DNA of 32,000 nt from Candidatus Chlorohelix allophototropha (GCF_030389965.1 NZ_CP128399.1:1508934-1540933), one strand, 5' to 3'; shown: positions 1 through 7,950, numbered from the stretch's first letter. The notes: generated from the letters alone by a model not told the origin. Translations and numbers: made by a program.

Positions 1-137
1 CGCCTTCGGGTTTGCCTTCTTGCGAAACCTGCCCTTCGCTCCTTTCACGCGACTTTCTCCGAGGTCTTGATACCTTGCCCTAACAGTTGTACACTAGAAT
101 TAAGGTGAAACAACCAATTGTAGAAGGGAGGCTCACT

Positions 138-1064
138 ATGACAGTGACCCGAATGGTTATCACCATTTCCCATGAAGAAGGTAGTGGTGGAAGGGCGATT
201 GCTCAAGAATTAGCAAAAACCTTAAAACTTTCTTATGTGGATAGTCATGCTATTAAAACCGCTGCTACCCATCTCCAAATCCCCGAAGAAGATTTAGCCG
301 AGTTCGATGAAAAAATCTTGCCTCGTATGAAAGAGTTACGTAAGCTTATCGTTAAAGGTGACGTACCACTCAGCAAGGTACTTGCGCCGGATCGTGATTC
401 TTTTGGACTGGTTCAAGAAGAAAAGCCTATTCTTGAAAACCTTTCAATGGTTGAAGAGGATAAGCGAATGAAAATCCTAAGTGGCTATCATGTGCTGGTT
501 GAGCGATTGATAAAAGAAGCCGCCACTGCCGGACATGTGGTCATTATGGGGCGGGGCGCAAACTTTATTCTTAAAGACTGGAAAGGTGTGACCAATATTC
601 ACCTTCATGCGCCTTTACAGGATAGAATCGAGCGTATCGCTTTCCTGCACCACATTGATAAAGATATTGCCGCTCAGGAGATTGCCCGTGAAGATGGAAT
701 GCGCTTCCAGTACATACGCCAGTATTTTAATGCCGATTGGCTCGACCCGGATAATTATCATCTCGTGATTAACACTGCCGGAATGTCGCTTTCGGCGGCG
801 GCTACTACTATCGCGCAATTTGTCAAAGAGTCGCAGCAAACTCAGGTAAACGATCCGTTGCAAATTCATCGCACCTACGACCGCTTAAAAGATCAGGAAA
901 GCTATAGCTTGAAAGAAGCTGCTGAGGTGTTGTTAACCGACCCCGACCTGTTGCAGCAAGCGGTATATCGTGGCGAACTCAAGGCTACAGTTATGAACCA
1001 TAACGTAACTCGCATCAGTCGCGAGGCGTTGGCAGACTGGTCACGGCGTTATCGCGCAAGCTGA
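138..1064 (+). CDS. cytidylate kinase-like family protein fused to a C-terminal HTH (excisionase/MerR-like) domain
   Basis: The track ORF is 87..1064. I prefer ATG 138, which is preceded by GAAGGGAGG (123-131). The N-terminal ITISHEEGSGGRAIAQELAKTLKLSYVD matches the signature of the Cytidylate_kin2-type family. The last ~55 aa (YSLKEAAEVLL...VTRISREALADW) look like an HTH_17-type DNA-binding domain. Confidence 0.7.
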   Translation: MTVTRMVITISHEEGSGGRAIAQELAKTLKLSYVDSHAIKTAATHLQIPEEDLAEFDEKILPRMKELRKLIVKGDVPLSKVLAPDRDSFGLVQEEKPILENLSMVEEDKRMKILSGYHVLVERLIKEAATAGHVVIMGRGANFILKDWKGVTNIHLHAPLQDRIERIAFLHHIDKDIAAQEIAREDGMRFQYIRQYFNADWLDPDNYHLVINTAGMSLSAAATTIAQFVKESQQTQVNDPLQIHRTYDRLKDQESYSLKEAAEVLLTDPDLLQQAVYRGELKATVMNHNVTRISREALADWSRRYRAS

Positions 1065-1099
1065 CGTTTGCTTTGTACCCTTAAAACTTGCTTGATTTT

Positions 1100-1146
1100 G
1101 AACCTGACTAGGTGAAGAGTGCCGCTCTGGGTCAGGTTCTTTTATT
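1100..1146 (+). terminator. putative intrinsic terminator after the kinase-like gene
   Basis: A 9-bp stem pairs GAACCTGAC (1100-1108) with GTCAGGTTC (1131-1139). It is followed by TTTTATT (1140-1146). The loop is long (22 nt) and may form a small internal AGAG/CTCT helix. Confidence 0.45.
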
Positions 1147-1153
1147 GCTACAC

Positions 1154-1441
1154 TCAGACTCCATTCAATATGATCAAGTTTGTAATTGCGGATCGGTGGC
1201 GAATTGCCATTTGTTCGGCGTATTCGGGCGAGTCATACCAGAGTTTGGCTTGCTCGTAACTTTCAAATTCCAGCACTACAACACGTTTTGGTTGCCAATT
1301 GCCCTCCAATGTTTCGGAATTACCCCCGCGCACAATATATTTGCCGCCGTATTTTTCAATGGTGGCGGGCACTACCCGACGATATTCCTCATAAAGCTCA
1401 GGGTCTGTAATTTCAAGGTCAACAATCACATATGCAGCCAT
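1154..1441 (-). CDS. DUF1330 domain protein
   Basis: This 95-aa protein (MAAYVIVDLEITDPELYEEYRRVVPATIEKYGGKYIVRGG...) has the sequence pattern and size typical of DUF1330. It is convergent with the upstream gene. Confidence 0.8.
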   Translation of the reverse strand: MAAYVIVDLEITDPELYEEYRRVVPATIEKYGGKYIVRGGNSETLEGNWQPKRVVVLEFESYEQAKLWYDSPEYAEQMAIRHRSAITNLIILNGV

Positions 1442-1669
1442 CTATTTAAAACCTCCCACACTACTATAAATGTTGCTTTATTCCACATGACAAGACAGGC
1501 TGAATTAATAAAAAAGGACATGTTAGCATTTTAGCACCATCCTGAAATAGCGGTGGGCAAAAATGCAATTTGAAGGATAGGCGAAAAGACGGTTGTACTC
1601 TACCTGCCTCATTAGCATAATGAAGCAAAATAAAACAACACCCATATTTAAAATGAGGAGGTCTCTCGC

Positions 1670-2881
1670 GTGACCGATACAACAATCAAACAGGCTTCTT
1701 TCGCCTCATCCTTGCTGGCAAACCGCGCTGCGCAACTTAAAGCCGGTGCGGCACCTGCGGCAGCTCGTGATATGATTGCTTTTACCTATGGCTTGCCAGC
1801 CGAGGAAAGCTTTCCGGCTAAGGAAATTGCCGAAGCAACTGCTTGGGTAATGCAGCATCAGGCGGCTTCTGCGCTTCAATACAACAGCCCTGAACCCCTC
1901 AGCGAATTTCTGATTGACTACATTCGCAAAGAACAGGGGATAGAATTAGCCACCCAAAATTTGCTGGTAACTGCCGGTTCCGGTCAGGCGCTCAGTTTGG
2001 TGTGCCGTTTGTTGATAGACAAGGGTGATTATATCGTGGTAGAAGCGCCCACCTTCCTCGGAGCGGTCACCACCTTCCGCAAAGCTGAAGCGGAAATCGT
2101 AGAGGTGCCGCTGGACGAGAATGGCATGGATATTGACGCGCTGGATAAAACCCTTACGGACTTACGCACACAGGGCAAGTCCGTCAAATTTATTTACACC
2201 ATCCCAACCTTCCAAAATCCTACCGGGGTTACCATGAGCCTCGAACGGCGCAAACACTTGCTGGAAGTGGCGGAACGACATCAAGTGCTGGTATTAGAGG
2301 ATGATGCTTATCACGGTTTGCTATTCGAAGGTGAAGTGCCACCTTGGCTGTGGACGTTGGATGATAAAGGTATCGTGCTGCATTGCGGAACTTTCTCCAA
2401 AACCCTTGCGGCGGGAATGCGTTTGGGTTGGCTTGGCGGTTCTGCTGATTTGGTATCTCGCACCGCTGGTTTGAAGGATGAAGGCGGTACAAACCCCTTT
2501 GCCGGATATATCGCCGCTAAATTTGCTGAGAACGGGCGGCTGGAACGCCACACCAACGAACTTTCCAATCTCTATCGCCGCAAACGCGATCGCATGCTGT
2601 CAGGGTTGGAACGTTATATGCCCGATGGCGCACGCTGGAATATACCGCATGGCGGTTTCTTCATCTGGGTAGAATTGCCAGAAGGATTAGATACTGTTAA
2701 AATGTTGAGTAAAGCTGTAAAATCAGGCGTAAATTATTTACCTGGAACTGCTTGCTTTGCCAGTGGCAAGGGCAATAACACGCTCCGCTTGGCTTTTAGC
2801 TTTGTGAAACTCGACCAGATTGAGCAAGGGATGCGCATTCTAGGCGAAATCATCAGGGAAGAGATGGAATCGGACGCTTAG
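1670..2881 (+). CDS. PLP-dependent aminotransferase, class I/II (2-aminoadipate/aromatic aminotransferase-like)
   Basis: GTG start at 1670 is preceded by GAGGAGG (1655-1661). The motifs YTIPTFQNPTG and SFSKTLAAGMRLGW (PLP-lysine motif) are typical of fold-type I aminotransferases. Substrate specificity cannot be read from the sequence. Confidence 0.85.
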   Translation: MTDTTIKQASFASSLLANRAAQLKAGAAPAAARDMIAFTYGLPAEESFPAKEIAEATAWVMQHQAASALQYNSPEPLSEFLIDYIRKEQGIELATQNLLVTAGSGQALSLVCRLLIDKGDYIVVEAPTFLGAVTTFRKAEAEIVEVPLDENGMDIDALDKTLTDLRTQGKSVKFIYTIPTFQNPTGVTMSLERRKHLLEVAERHQVLVLEDDAYHGLLFEGEVPPWLWTLDDKGIVLHCGTFSKTLAAGMRLGWLGGSADLVSRTAGLKDEGGTNPFAGYIAAKFAENGRLERHTNELSNLYRRKRDRMLSGLERYMPDGARWNIPHGGFFIWVELPEGLDTVKMLSKAVKSGVNYLPGTACFASGKGNNTLRLAFSFVKLDQIEQGMRILGEIIREEMESDA

Positions 2882-2914
2882 TCGTCACTTTTCAAATTAG
2901 GAAACAAAAAGGAC

Positions 2915-2952
2915 GCTCCCCGTTCGGGCAATTATAACCGGGCGGGGCGCTT
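2915..2952 (+). terminator. GC-rich hairpin, possible terminator of the aminotransferase gene
   Basis: Positions 2915-2927 pair with 2938-2950 in a 13-position stem: GCtCCCCGTTCGG with CCGGGCGGGGcGC. It has one mismatch and two G-T wobbles, with a 10-nt loop. Only TT follows, so the T-tract is weak. Confidence 0.4.
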
Positions 2953-3028
2953 ATAAAAACAAATCTCGGCGCAAATTTCATTAAATAACATTACATTATA
3001 TTCGGTTACAGTAAAGGGAGTAAGTAGT

Positions 3029-3580
3029 ATGTCTGCAAATGTGGGCGTTTTCGTGGACGTATCTAATCTGTTTTATAGCGCCAAAAGCGCCGGCGTGGAA
3101 GTAAACTATTGCCGCTTGCTGGAATTTGCCAGCAGAGGGCGCACTCTTATCCGCTCAATCGCTTACACCGGAATTGACCCTGAAAATAACAGCCAACGCA
3201 AGTTCATAGATTTTCTCGCTTCCAACGGATACAAGGTAGTCTGCAAGGACATCCACAAATACGATACTGGGCGTATCAAAGCTAATCTCGATATTGAGAT
3301 AGCGGTGGATATGATGCTCATGGCACAAAATCTTGATATTGTGGTGCTGGTCAGCGGGGATGGCGATTTTGCGCGTTTGGTCAAAGCCATACAGGATAAA
3401 GGAGTGCGCTTCGAGGTAATCAGCTTTGGCATTAGCACCTCAAATGAACTTATTACCCTAGTGGATCGCTTTACCGAGATTTCCAGTATTCCGGATATTT
3501 TCAGGAACGGTGGTTGCGGCGGGAGTGTAATGGCTGCTCATCCCGGCGCTGCGCTTGGCACAAACGATTACCGCAACTAG
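3029..3580 (+). CDS. NYN domain (LabA-like, PIN-like fold) predicted RNase
   Basis: GVFVDVSNLFYSAK ... NLDIEIAVDMM ... VVLVSGDGDFARLV is the classic NYN/LabA acidic-residue pattern. An AAGGGAG Shine-Dalgarno sequence lies upstream of ATG 3029. Confidence 0.8.
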   Translation: MSANVGVFVDVSNLFYSAKSAGVEVNYCRLLEFASRGRTLIRSIAYTGIDPENNSQRKFIDFLASNGYKVVCKDIHKYDTGRIKANLDIEIAVDMMLMAQNLDIVVLVSGDGDFARLVKAIQDKGVRFEVISFGISTSNELITLVDRFTEISSIPDIFRNGGCGGSVMAAHPGAALGTNDYRN

Positions 3581-4687
3581 ATGCTGAAAGAAGCCTCATT
3601 ACAAAACCTTTATCTGGTAGGTCCGACACAGCGCCGCCGTTGGGATGAATTTGTGGCGGCTCATCCTACTGGACATTTATTGCAATGCTACAGTTGGGGC
3701 GAGTTCAAAAAACTGCACCAGTGGCAACCCCTACGTGTAGCTATTACCGAAGAGGGTAGCGAGCGTATTCTTGCAGGCGCACAAATTTTGTTCCGCCAGA
3801 TGGCTGGACTCTCGGTGGCTTACATTCCCAGAGGTCCGGTGGTAGATTGGTCGGACAAGCGGTTGGTGAACGCGCTGCTCGAATTGCTGCGAAAGGCTGC
3901 TCGTCGCCGTCGTGCCATTTACCTAAAAATCGAGCCAAATCTTTTTGATAACGCTACGTTGGATAAATATCTTACCACCGAATTAAGCTTTCGTCCTTCT
4001 TCTGAACCGGTGCAACCTGCTGCTACTATTCGTCTCGACCTCTCGCAAACACCTGCTCAATTGCTAGAGCGCATGAAGCCCAAGACTCGCTATAATATTC
4101 GTTTGGCAGAGCGTCGGGGCGTAACCTGTCGCCTCGCTGACCCCACTAACCCTGCTGATTTCGAGGCTTTCTATCGGCTGATGGAAGCTACCGGGCAACG
4201 CGATAGCTTTGGCATCCACTCCTCTAGCTACTACCTTGATGCTTGGCGCATTTTTCAAGAAGCCTCACCGGAGGGTGGGAAGGGTGCGTTGTGGCTGGCA
4301 GAGTTCGGGGGCGAAATCGTTGCCGGAGTTATGGTATTCGTTTTCGGGGCGGAATCGGCTTATTTCTACGGGGCAAGCAGTAACGAGCATCGCCGCGAAA
4401 TGCCCACCTACCTGCTGCAATGGCGTGCCATCCAATGGGCGCAGCAACAGGGCGCACTCTGGTACGATTTCTGGGGTATCCCCGAAAACATCGGTGAAGA
4501 CAGCGATGAGCGCGAAGAGCTTGAGCAAAAGAATGTGCGCGATGGGTTGTGGGGTGTGTATCGCTTCAAGCTCGGCTTCGGTGGCGATGTAGTGCGCTAT
4601 CCCGGCGCATATGACCTAGTTTACAATCGCCCCATGTATCTCATCTGGCAACGCATGCGCCGTTATCGCGGTGGCATCGGGGGGTAA
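3581..4687 (+). CDS. FemAB-family aminoacyl-tRNA-dependent peptidyl/aminoacyl transferase (peptidoglycan bridge-formation type)
   Basis: ATG 3581 directly abuts the TAG (3578-3580) of the NYN gene. MKPKTRYNIRLAERRGV and GGEIVAGVMVFVFGAESAYFYGASSNEHRREMPTYLLQWRAIQWAQQQG resemble the conserved FemX/FemAB core. Confidence 0.75.
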   Translation: MLKEASLQNLYLVGPTQRRRWDEFVAAHPTGHLLQCYSWGEFKKLHQWQPLRVAITEEGSERILAGAQILFRQMAGLSVAYIPRGPVVDWSDKRLVNALLELLRKAARRRRAIYLKIEPNLFDNATLDKYLTTELSFRPSSEPVQPAATIRLDLSQTPAQLLERMKPKTRYNIRLAERRGVTCRLADPTNPADFEAFYRLMEATGQRDSFGIHSSSYYLDAWRIFQEASPEGGKGALWLAEFGGEIVAGVMVFVFGAESAYFYGASSNEHRREMPTYLLQWRAIQWAQQQGALWYDFWGIPENIGEDSDEREELEQKNVRDGLWGVYRFKLGFGGDVVRYPGAYDLVYNRPMYLIWQRMRRYRGGIGG

Positions 4688-4710
4688 ACTTCAACTCCAG
4701 TTCAAAAGCT

Positions 4711-5217
4711 ATGGAAGAACCGATTGTAATTGAAGAATACGACCCCACTTGGTCAGCCAAATTTGAAGCCGAGAAGCATGCGTTGAAACAAGCTCTGACA
4801 GGTCGTTTTGTTGCTATCGAGCATATCGGTAGCACGGCAGTGCCGGGACTGCCCTCCAAGCCTATTATTGACATTATGGTGGCAGTGACTCAACTCGAAG
4901 CGGGAGAGCTTTACGCCCGGTTGCTAGAACCCCTCGGCTATTTGTACAAGCCCGATTCTTCTAATGAGCAATCCGATCGCTTATTTCTCCGCAAAGGCAC
5001 GCCCCGGAGTCACCACCTGCATATAGTCATAAAGGGTAGCGCAGAGCAAAAACGCCATCTAGCCTTTCGCGATTATCTGCTTGCTCACCCGGAGACGGTG
5101 ACAGAATATGCTGCGCTCAAGCTCGAACTGGCGCAAAAATATCGCCTTGACCGCGAAGCCTACACCAACGCCAAAACTGCTTTTATTACCGACATCGAGC
5201 GCAAAGCTGGAGAGTAG
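4711..5217 (+). CDS. GrpB (UPF0157) family protein, nucleotidyltransferase-like fold
   Basis: The motifs YDPTWSAKFEAE, IEHIGSTAVPGLPSKPIIDIMV and FRDYLLAHPETVTEYAALK are GrpB-family hallmarks. The gene starts 23 nt after the FemAB gene. Confidence 0.85.
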   Translation: MEEPIVIEEYDPTWSAKFEAEKHALKQALTGRFVAIEHIGSTAVPGLPSKPIIDIMVAVTQLEAGELYARLLEPLGYLYKPDSSNEQSDRLFLRKGTPRSHHLHIVIKGSAEQKRHLAFRDYLLAHPETVTEYAALKLELAQKYRLDREAYTNAKTAFITDIERKAGE

Positions 5218-5250
5218 TATCGACTCACTACCTTTTAAAACTAGAACCTA

Positions 5251-5259
5251 TGTTATAAT
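5251..5259 (+). promoter_or_regulatory. candidate extended -10 promoter element for the R-M cassette
   Basis: TGTTATAAT is a perfect TGnTATAAT, 61 nt upstream of the methyltransferase ATG. I found no convincing -35 element. Confidence 0.35.
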
Positions 5260-5319
5260 ATGTTTGGATTTCACCCTCACTTCAAAAGAAATGTACTCAA
5301 AATAAGGCGTATAGTATAA

Positions 5320-6240
5320 ATGACCAGTGACGCAGATTGGCAAAATAAAATCTATCAAGGAGACTCTTTAACTCTGCTTCCTACTCTTCCCGATAATAGC
5401 ATTGATTTGATTGTCACTTCTCCTCCTTATGCTGACCAGCGTAGCAATACCTATGGTGGCATACATCCTGACAAATATGTGGAATGGTTTCTGCCGATTG
5501 CTGCACAATTAAAGCGTGTCCTGAAGCCTGAAGGCTCATTTATTTTGAATATCAAAGAGCGGGTAGTTGATGGCGAACGCCATACCTATGTTCTGGAATT
5601 GATAATCGCGCTACGCAAGCAAGGTTGGTTCTGGACTGAGGAATATATGTGGCACAAAAAGAACAGCTATCCAGGCAAATGGCCAAATCGCTTTCGGGAT
5701 GGGTGGGAACGCTGTTTGCATTTCACAAAATCGAAGCACTTTAAAATGTATCAGGATGCTGTTCGAGTACCGATGGGAGATTGGGCGCAAAGTCGCTTAA
5801 AAAAGCTCAGTGAAACCGACAAGATACGCGATGAATCTCGCGTGAACAGTGGTTTTGGCAAGAATATTTCCAAATGGATTGACCGTGATATGGCTTATCC
5901 TGACAATGTTTTACACTTAGCTACTGAATGCGGAAACAAGAGCCACAGCGCGGTCTTTCCGCTAGAATTACCAAGTTGGTTTATTAAGCTATTTACACAG
6001 CCGGGAGATGTGGTGTTAGACCCATTTCTTGGCTCTGGTACATCTGCGGTTGCTGCCATACAACTTGGTCGCTCTTATGTAGGTCTAGAAGTAAAAAGCG
6101 AATATGTTGAAATTGCTAACCAACGGGTGAAAAGTACCAAGTTGCCTGTATCTGCTATCCAACCGACTTTGTTCCTATTAGACGATGACAATTTGACCAG
6201 TGAGTCGGATGGTGAAAAAGAACAAAAGCTGTTCGGATAA
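5320..6240 (+). CDS. beta-class DNA methyltransferase (N4-cytosine or N6-adenine; the SPPY motif favours m4C)
   Basis: Catalytic motif IV DLIVTSPPYADQ lies N-terminal to SAM motif I VLDPFLGSGTSAVAA. That order (IV before I) defines the beta class. S-P-P-Y rather than D-P-P-Y is more typical of N4-cytosine enzymes. Confidence 0.85.
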   Translation: MTSDADWQNKIYQGDSLTLLPTLPDNSIDLIVTSPPYADQRSNTYGGIHPDKYVEWFLPIAAQLKRVLKPEGSFILNIKERVVDGERHTYVLELIIALRKQGWFWTEEYMWHKKNSYPGKWPNRFRDGWERCLHFTKSKHFKMYQDAVRVPMGDWAQSRLKKLSETDKIRDESRVNSGFGKNISKWIDRDMAYPDNVLHLATECGNKSHSAVFPLELPSWFIKLFTQPGDVVLDPFLGSGTSAVAAIQLGRSYVGLEVKSEYVEIANQRVKSTKLPVSAIQPTLFLLDDDNLTSESDGEKEQKLFG

Positions 6241-6248
6241 ATAATACT

Positions 6249-7052
6249 ATGGTAGGCTCAATCACTTATGATGAAATCGCTGCATTTGTTGAAAACAACA
6301 TCAGCATTTTCCACGACAAACAATTAGAAGACCTGAAAAGATTATCATTGGTGGCGGTTCTCGGTAGGAAGAACCCTTATTTGTTTAGGGCTAAAAACTT
6401 GAATGTTGCAGGTGATTTAGTCAAATATGTATTGGATGCTTTTCTTATCTCTCAAGAAGAAACCAACTTTGGGGAATTTCTGGAACGGCTCGCAATTTTC
6501 ATAAATAGCAAAGTTTATGGTGGTTGGAAATCTACCAACACGGGTATGGATTTAGAATTCGTTAGGGACGGTGTATATTACATAGTCTCTATCAAATCCG
6601 GTCCGAATTGGGGTAATAGCGACCAACAAAATCGAATGTATCTCAATTTTGAACATCTTATCAAAGCTCTAACCGAGAAAACACCGGGCTTGCTTGTTAT
6701 ACCGGTCAATGGTTGTTGCTATGGTAAAGACCAAAAACCAAAGAAATATGCCAAAATCAAGATTAACAAGGAAGTTGTTAGTGCAGTGGTATTTTATAAA
6801 CTCTGTGGGCAACGTTTCTGGGAATTTATTTCAGGCAATCCGGCTCTGTATATTGATATTGTTGAGCCGCTTGGACACCAAGCTAAAGAAAAAAATGAAT
6901 TATTCTTGGAAGAGTATGCCAAGATTATCAACCTTTTCACCCTACAATTTGGCAAAGAATTTTGTGACCCTACAACTGGCGCAATTCGTTGGGAGGAAAT
7001 AGTAAAGCTTTCATCAGCGGCAAGCGGGAGTGGAAGTCAGGATTTATCGTGA
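6249..7052 (+). CDS. putative type II restriction endonuclease partner
   Basis: It lies 8 nt downstream of the methyltransferase, on the same strand and with the same low GC. A plausible PD-(D/E)XK core is present (GMDLEF ... YYIVSIKSG). The SGPNWGNS stretch reminds me of TdeIII/Eco47II-like enzymes, but I cannot verify the family or the specificity. Confidence 0.55.
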   Translation: MVGSITYDEIAAFVENNISIFHDKQLEDLKRLSLVAVLGRKNPYLFRAKNLNVAGDLVKYVLDAFLISQEETNFGEFLERLAIFINSKVYGGWKSTNTGMDLEFVRDGVYYIVSIKSGPNWGNSDQQNRMYLNFEHLIKALTEKTPGLLVIPVNGCCYGKDQKPKKYAKIKINKEVVSAVVFYKLCGQRFWEFISGNPALYIDIVEPLGHQAKEKNELFLEEYAKIINLFTLQFGKEFCDPTTGAIRWEEIVKLSSAASGSGSQDLS

Positions 7053-7098
7053 ATACCTCGGCATAAAACCACTAGCAGATAGGGGAAGCAAACTATAA

Positions 7099-7950
7099 AT
7101 GAAACTAATCGTAATCGGGGGTGGTTGTTACGGCATCTACCATAGTGAGCAGCTTTACAAGGCTATTCTCAAAGGCAAACTACCCGCCGATACTCGGCTT
7201 ATTATCGTAGATCGCAATGCCCGCCCGCCCGCGTTGGAAAAGTTTGGAAACGCGCCCCAATTTGAGTTTGTGCAAAGCGATTGGCAAGAATATTTGCAAA
7301 AATTCTTCGCCGACTCCCAAAATTACAGTCCCGAAATCCACGCCGACTCGGTTCAAATAGTGCCTGCCCCCTTTGCGCCACATCTGCTGTTCGACTGGCT
7401 GCAATTCGCCACTACCCAACGTTTGCTGGAACTTGGTCACCCCGGAATTGTCATAGAGCGCAATGGCTTTGAAGAGCGCACTATGCTGCCCTACGAATAT
7501 TTCGACCCCAAAAGTGGCAATCGTTATATTAGTCGCGCCGGGTGGAAATGCCCGACTGCCTGTATCGAGCCGCACAAATGCCCTGCCATCAAAGATGTAC
7601 GTGATTGGGATTTGGAAGAAGATGTGAAGCGGGCGGCGAGCGGAAAATTGCCTGTGCCTTCATCTACTGCTGCCCAACGTCTGAACGCAGAAAACAAACC
7701 TAATTGTCAGCCCTTACCTAATACCGCTTCTAATCCGCTCACTTTTGATGCGGCAATAACCTTCACTTGCCGCCACTTTTCGCATGGTATCGGCACAACC
7801 CCGGCTCATCAGTTGTTTGAGGCACGTAAGCGAGCGGTAGCCTTGGCTCTTTCCCTTACCGCTGAACATCCGGTTGCTCACCTTGCCATTGCCACTGTCT
7901 CGCACTGTCATGGGGTGCTAGCTACTCTGAAAATCAGTTTCCACGCCTGA
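7099..7950 (+). CDS. hypothetical protein with N-terminal dinucleotide-binding Rossmann motif and a Cys cluster
   Basis: MKLIVIGGGCYGIY...RLIIVDRN shows GxGxxG followed by an acidic residue at the end of beta-2. A WKCPTACIEPHKCP cysteine cluster and a low-complexity linker precede a ~70-aa C-terminal domain. I do not recognise a family. Confidence 0.55.
   Translation: MKLIVIGGGCYGIYHSEQLYKAILKGKLPADTRLIIVDRNARPPALEKFGNAPQFEFVQSDWQEYLQKFFADSQNYSPEIHADSVQIVPAPFAPHLLFDWLQFATTQRLLELGHPGIVIERNGFEERTMLPYEYFDPKSGNRYISRAGWKCPTACIEPHKCPAIKDVRDWDLEEDVKRAASGKLPVPSSTAAQRLNAENKPNCQPLPNTASNPLTFDAAITFTCRHFSHGIGTTPAHQLFEARKRAVALALSLTAEHPVAHLAIATVSHCHGVLATLKISFHA

Noticed and set aside
1-60. A possible 5' end of a minus-strand gene leaving the window. 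GTG at 48 is preceded by GGAG (57-60) and would encode MKGAKGRFRKKANPKA...
   Set aside because: Only 16 codons are visible and no family can be recognised. The evidence is just a Shine-Dalgarno-like motif plus an open frame, which is too weak to report as a feature.
87-137. N-terminally extended starts given by the ORF track, at 87, 9505, 11590, 17740, 22228, 23406 and 31738.
   Set aside because: In each case an internal ATG has a better Shine-Dalgarno sequence and gives the expected family N-terminus. The extensions at 22228 and 23406 would run deep into the upstream gene, whereas the internal ATGs give clean ATGA overlaps.
1112-1534. Long ORFs antisense to or out of frame with confident genes. 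Examples are 1112..1534, 13623..14150, 18069..18443, 24401..24823, 25261..25587 and 29589..30032.
   Set aside because: They overlap genes with clear family signatures on the other strand or frame. Their translations are low-complexity and Arg/Ser/Pro-rich, with no motifs. These are typical shadow ORFs.
5242-5249. The 8-mer TAGAACCT is shared between the R-M upstream region (5242-5249) and repeat copy A (8134-8141).
   Set aside because: A single 8-mer match is expected by chance in 32 kb read on both strands, and there is no flanking similarity.
7099-7950. Reading the Rossmann/Cys protein as an E1 (ThiF/MoeB-like) partner for the RWD/UEV-like protein at 10208.
   Set aside because: After the GxGxxG strand there is no ThiF-type D-x-D-x-V...NLxRQ motif. 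The two genes are 2.2 kb apart, separated by an IS remnant and another gene.
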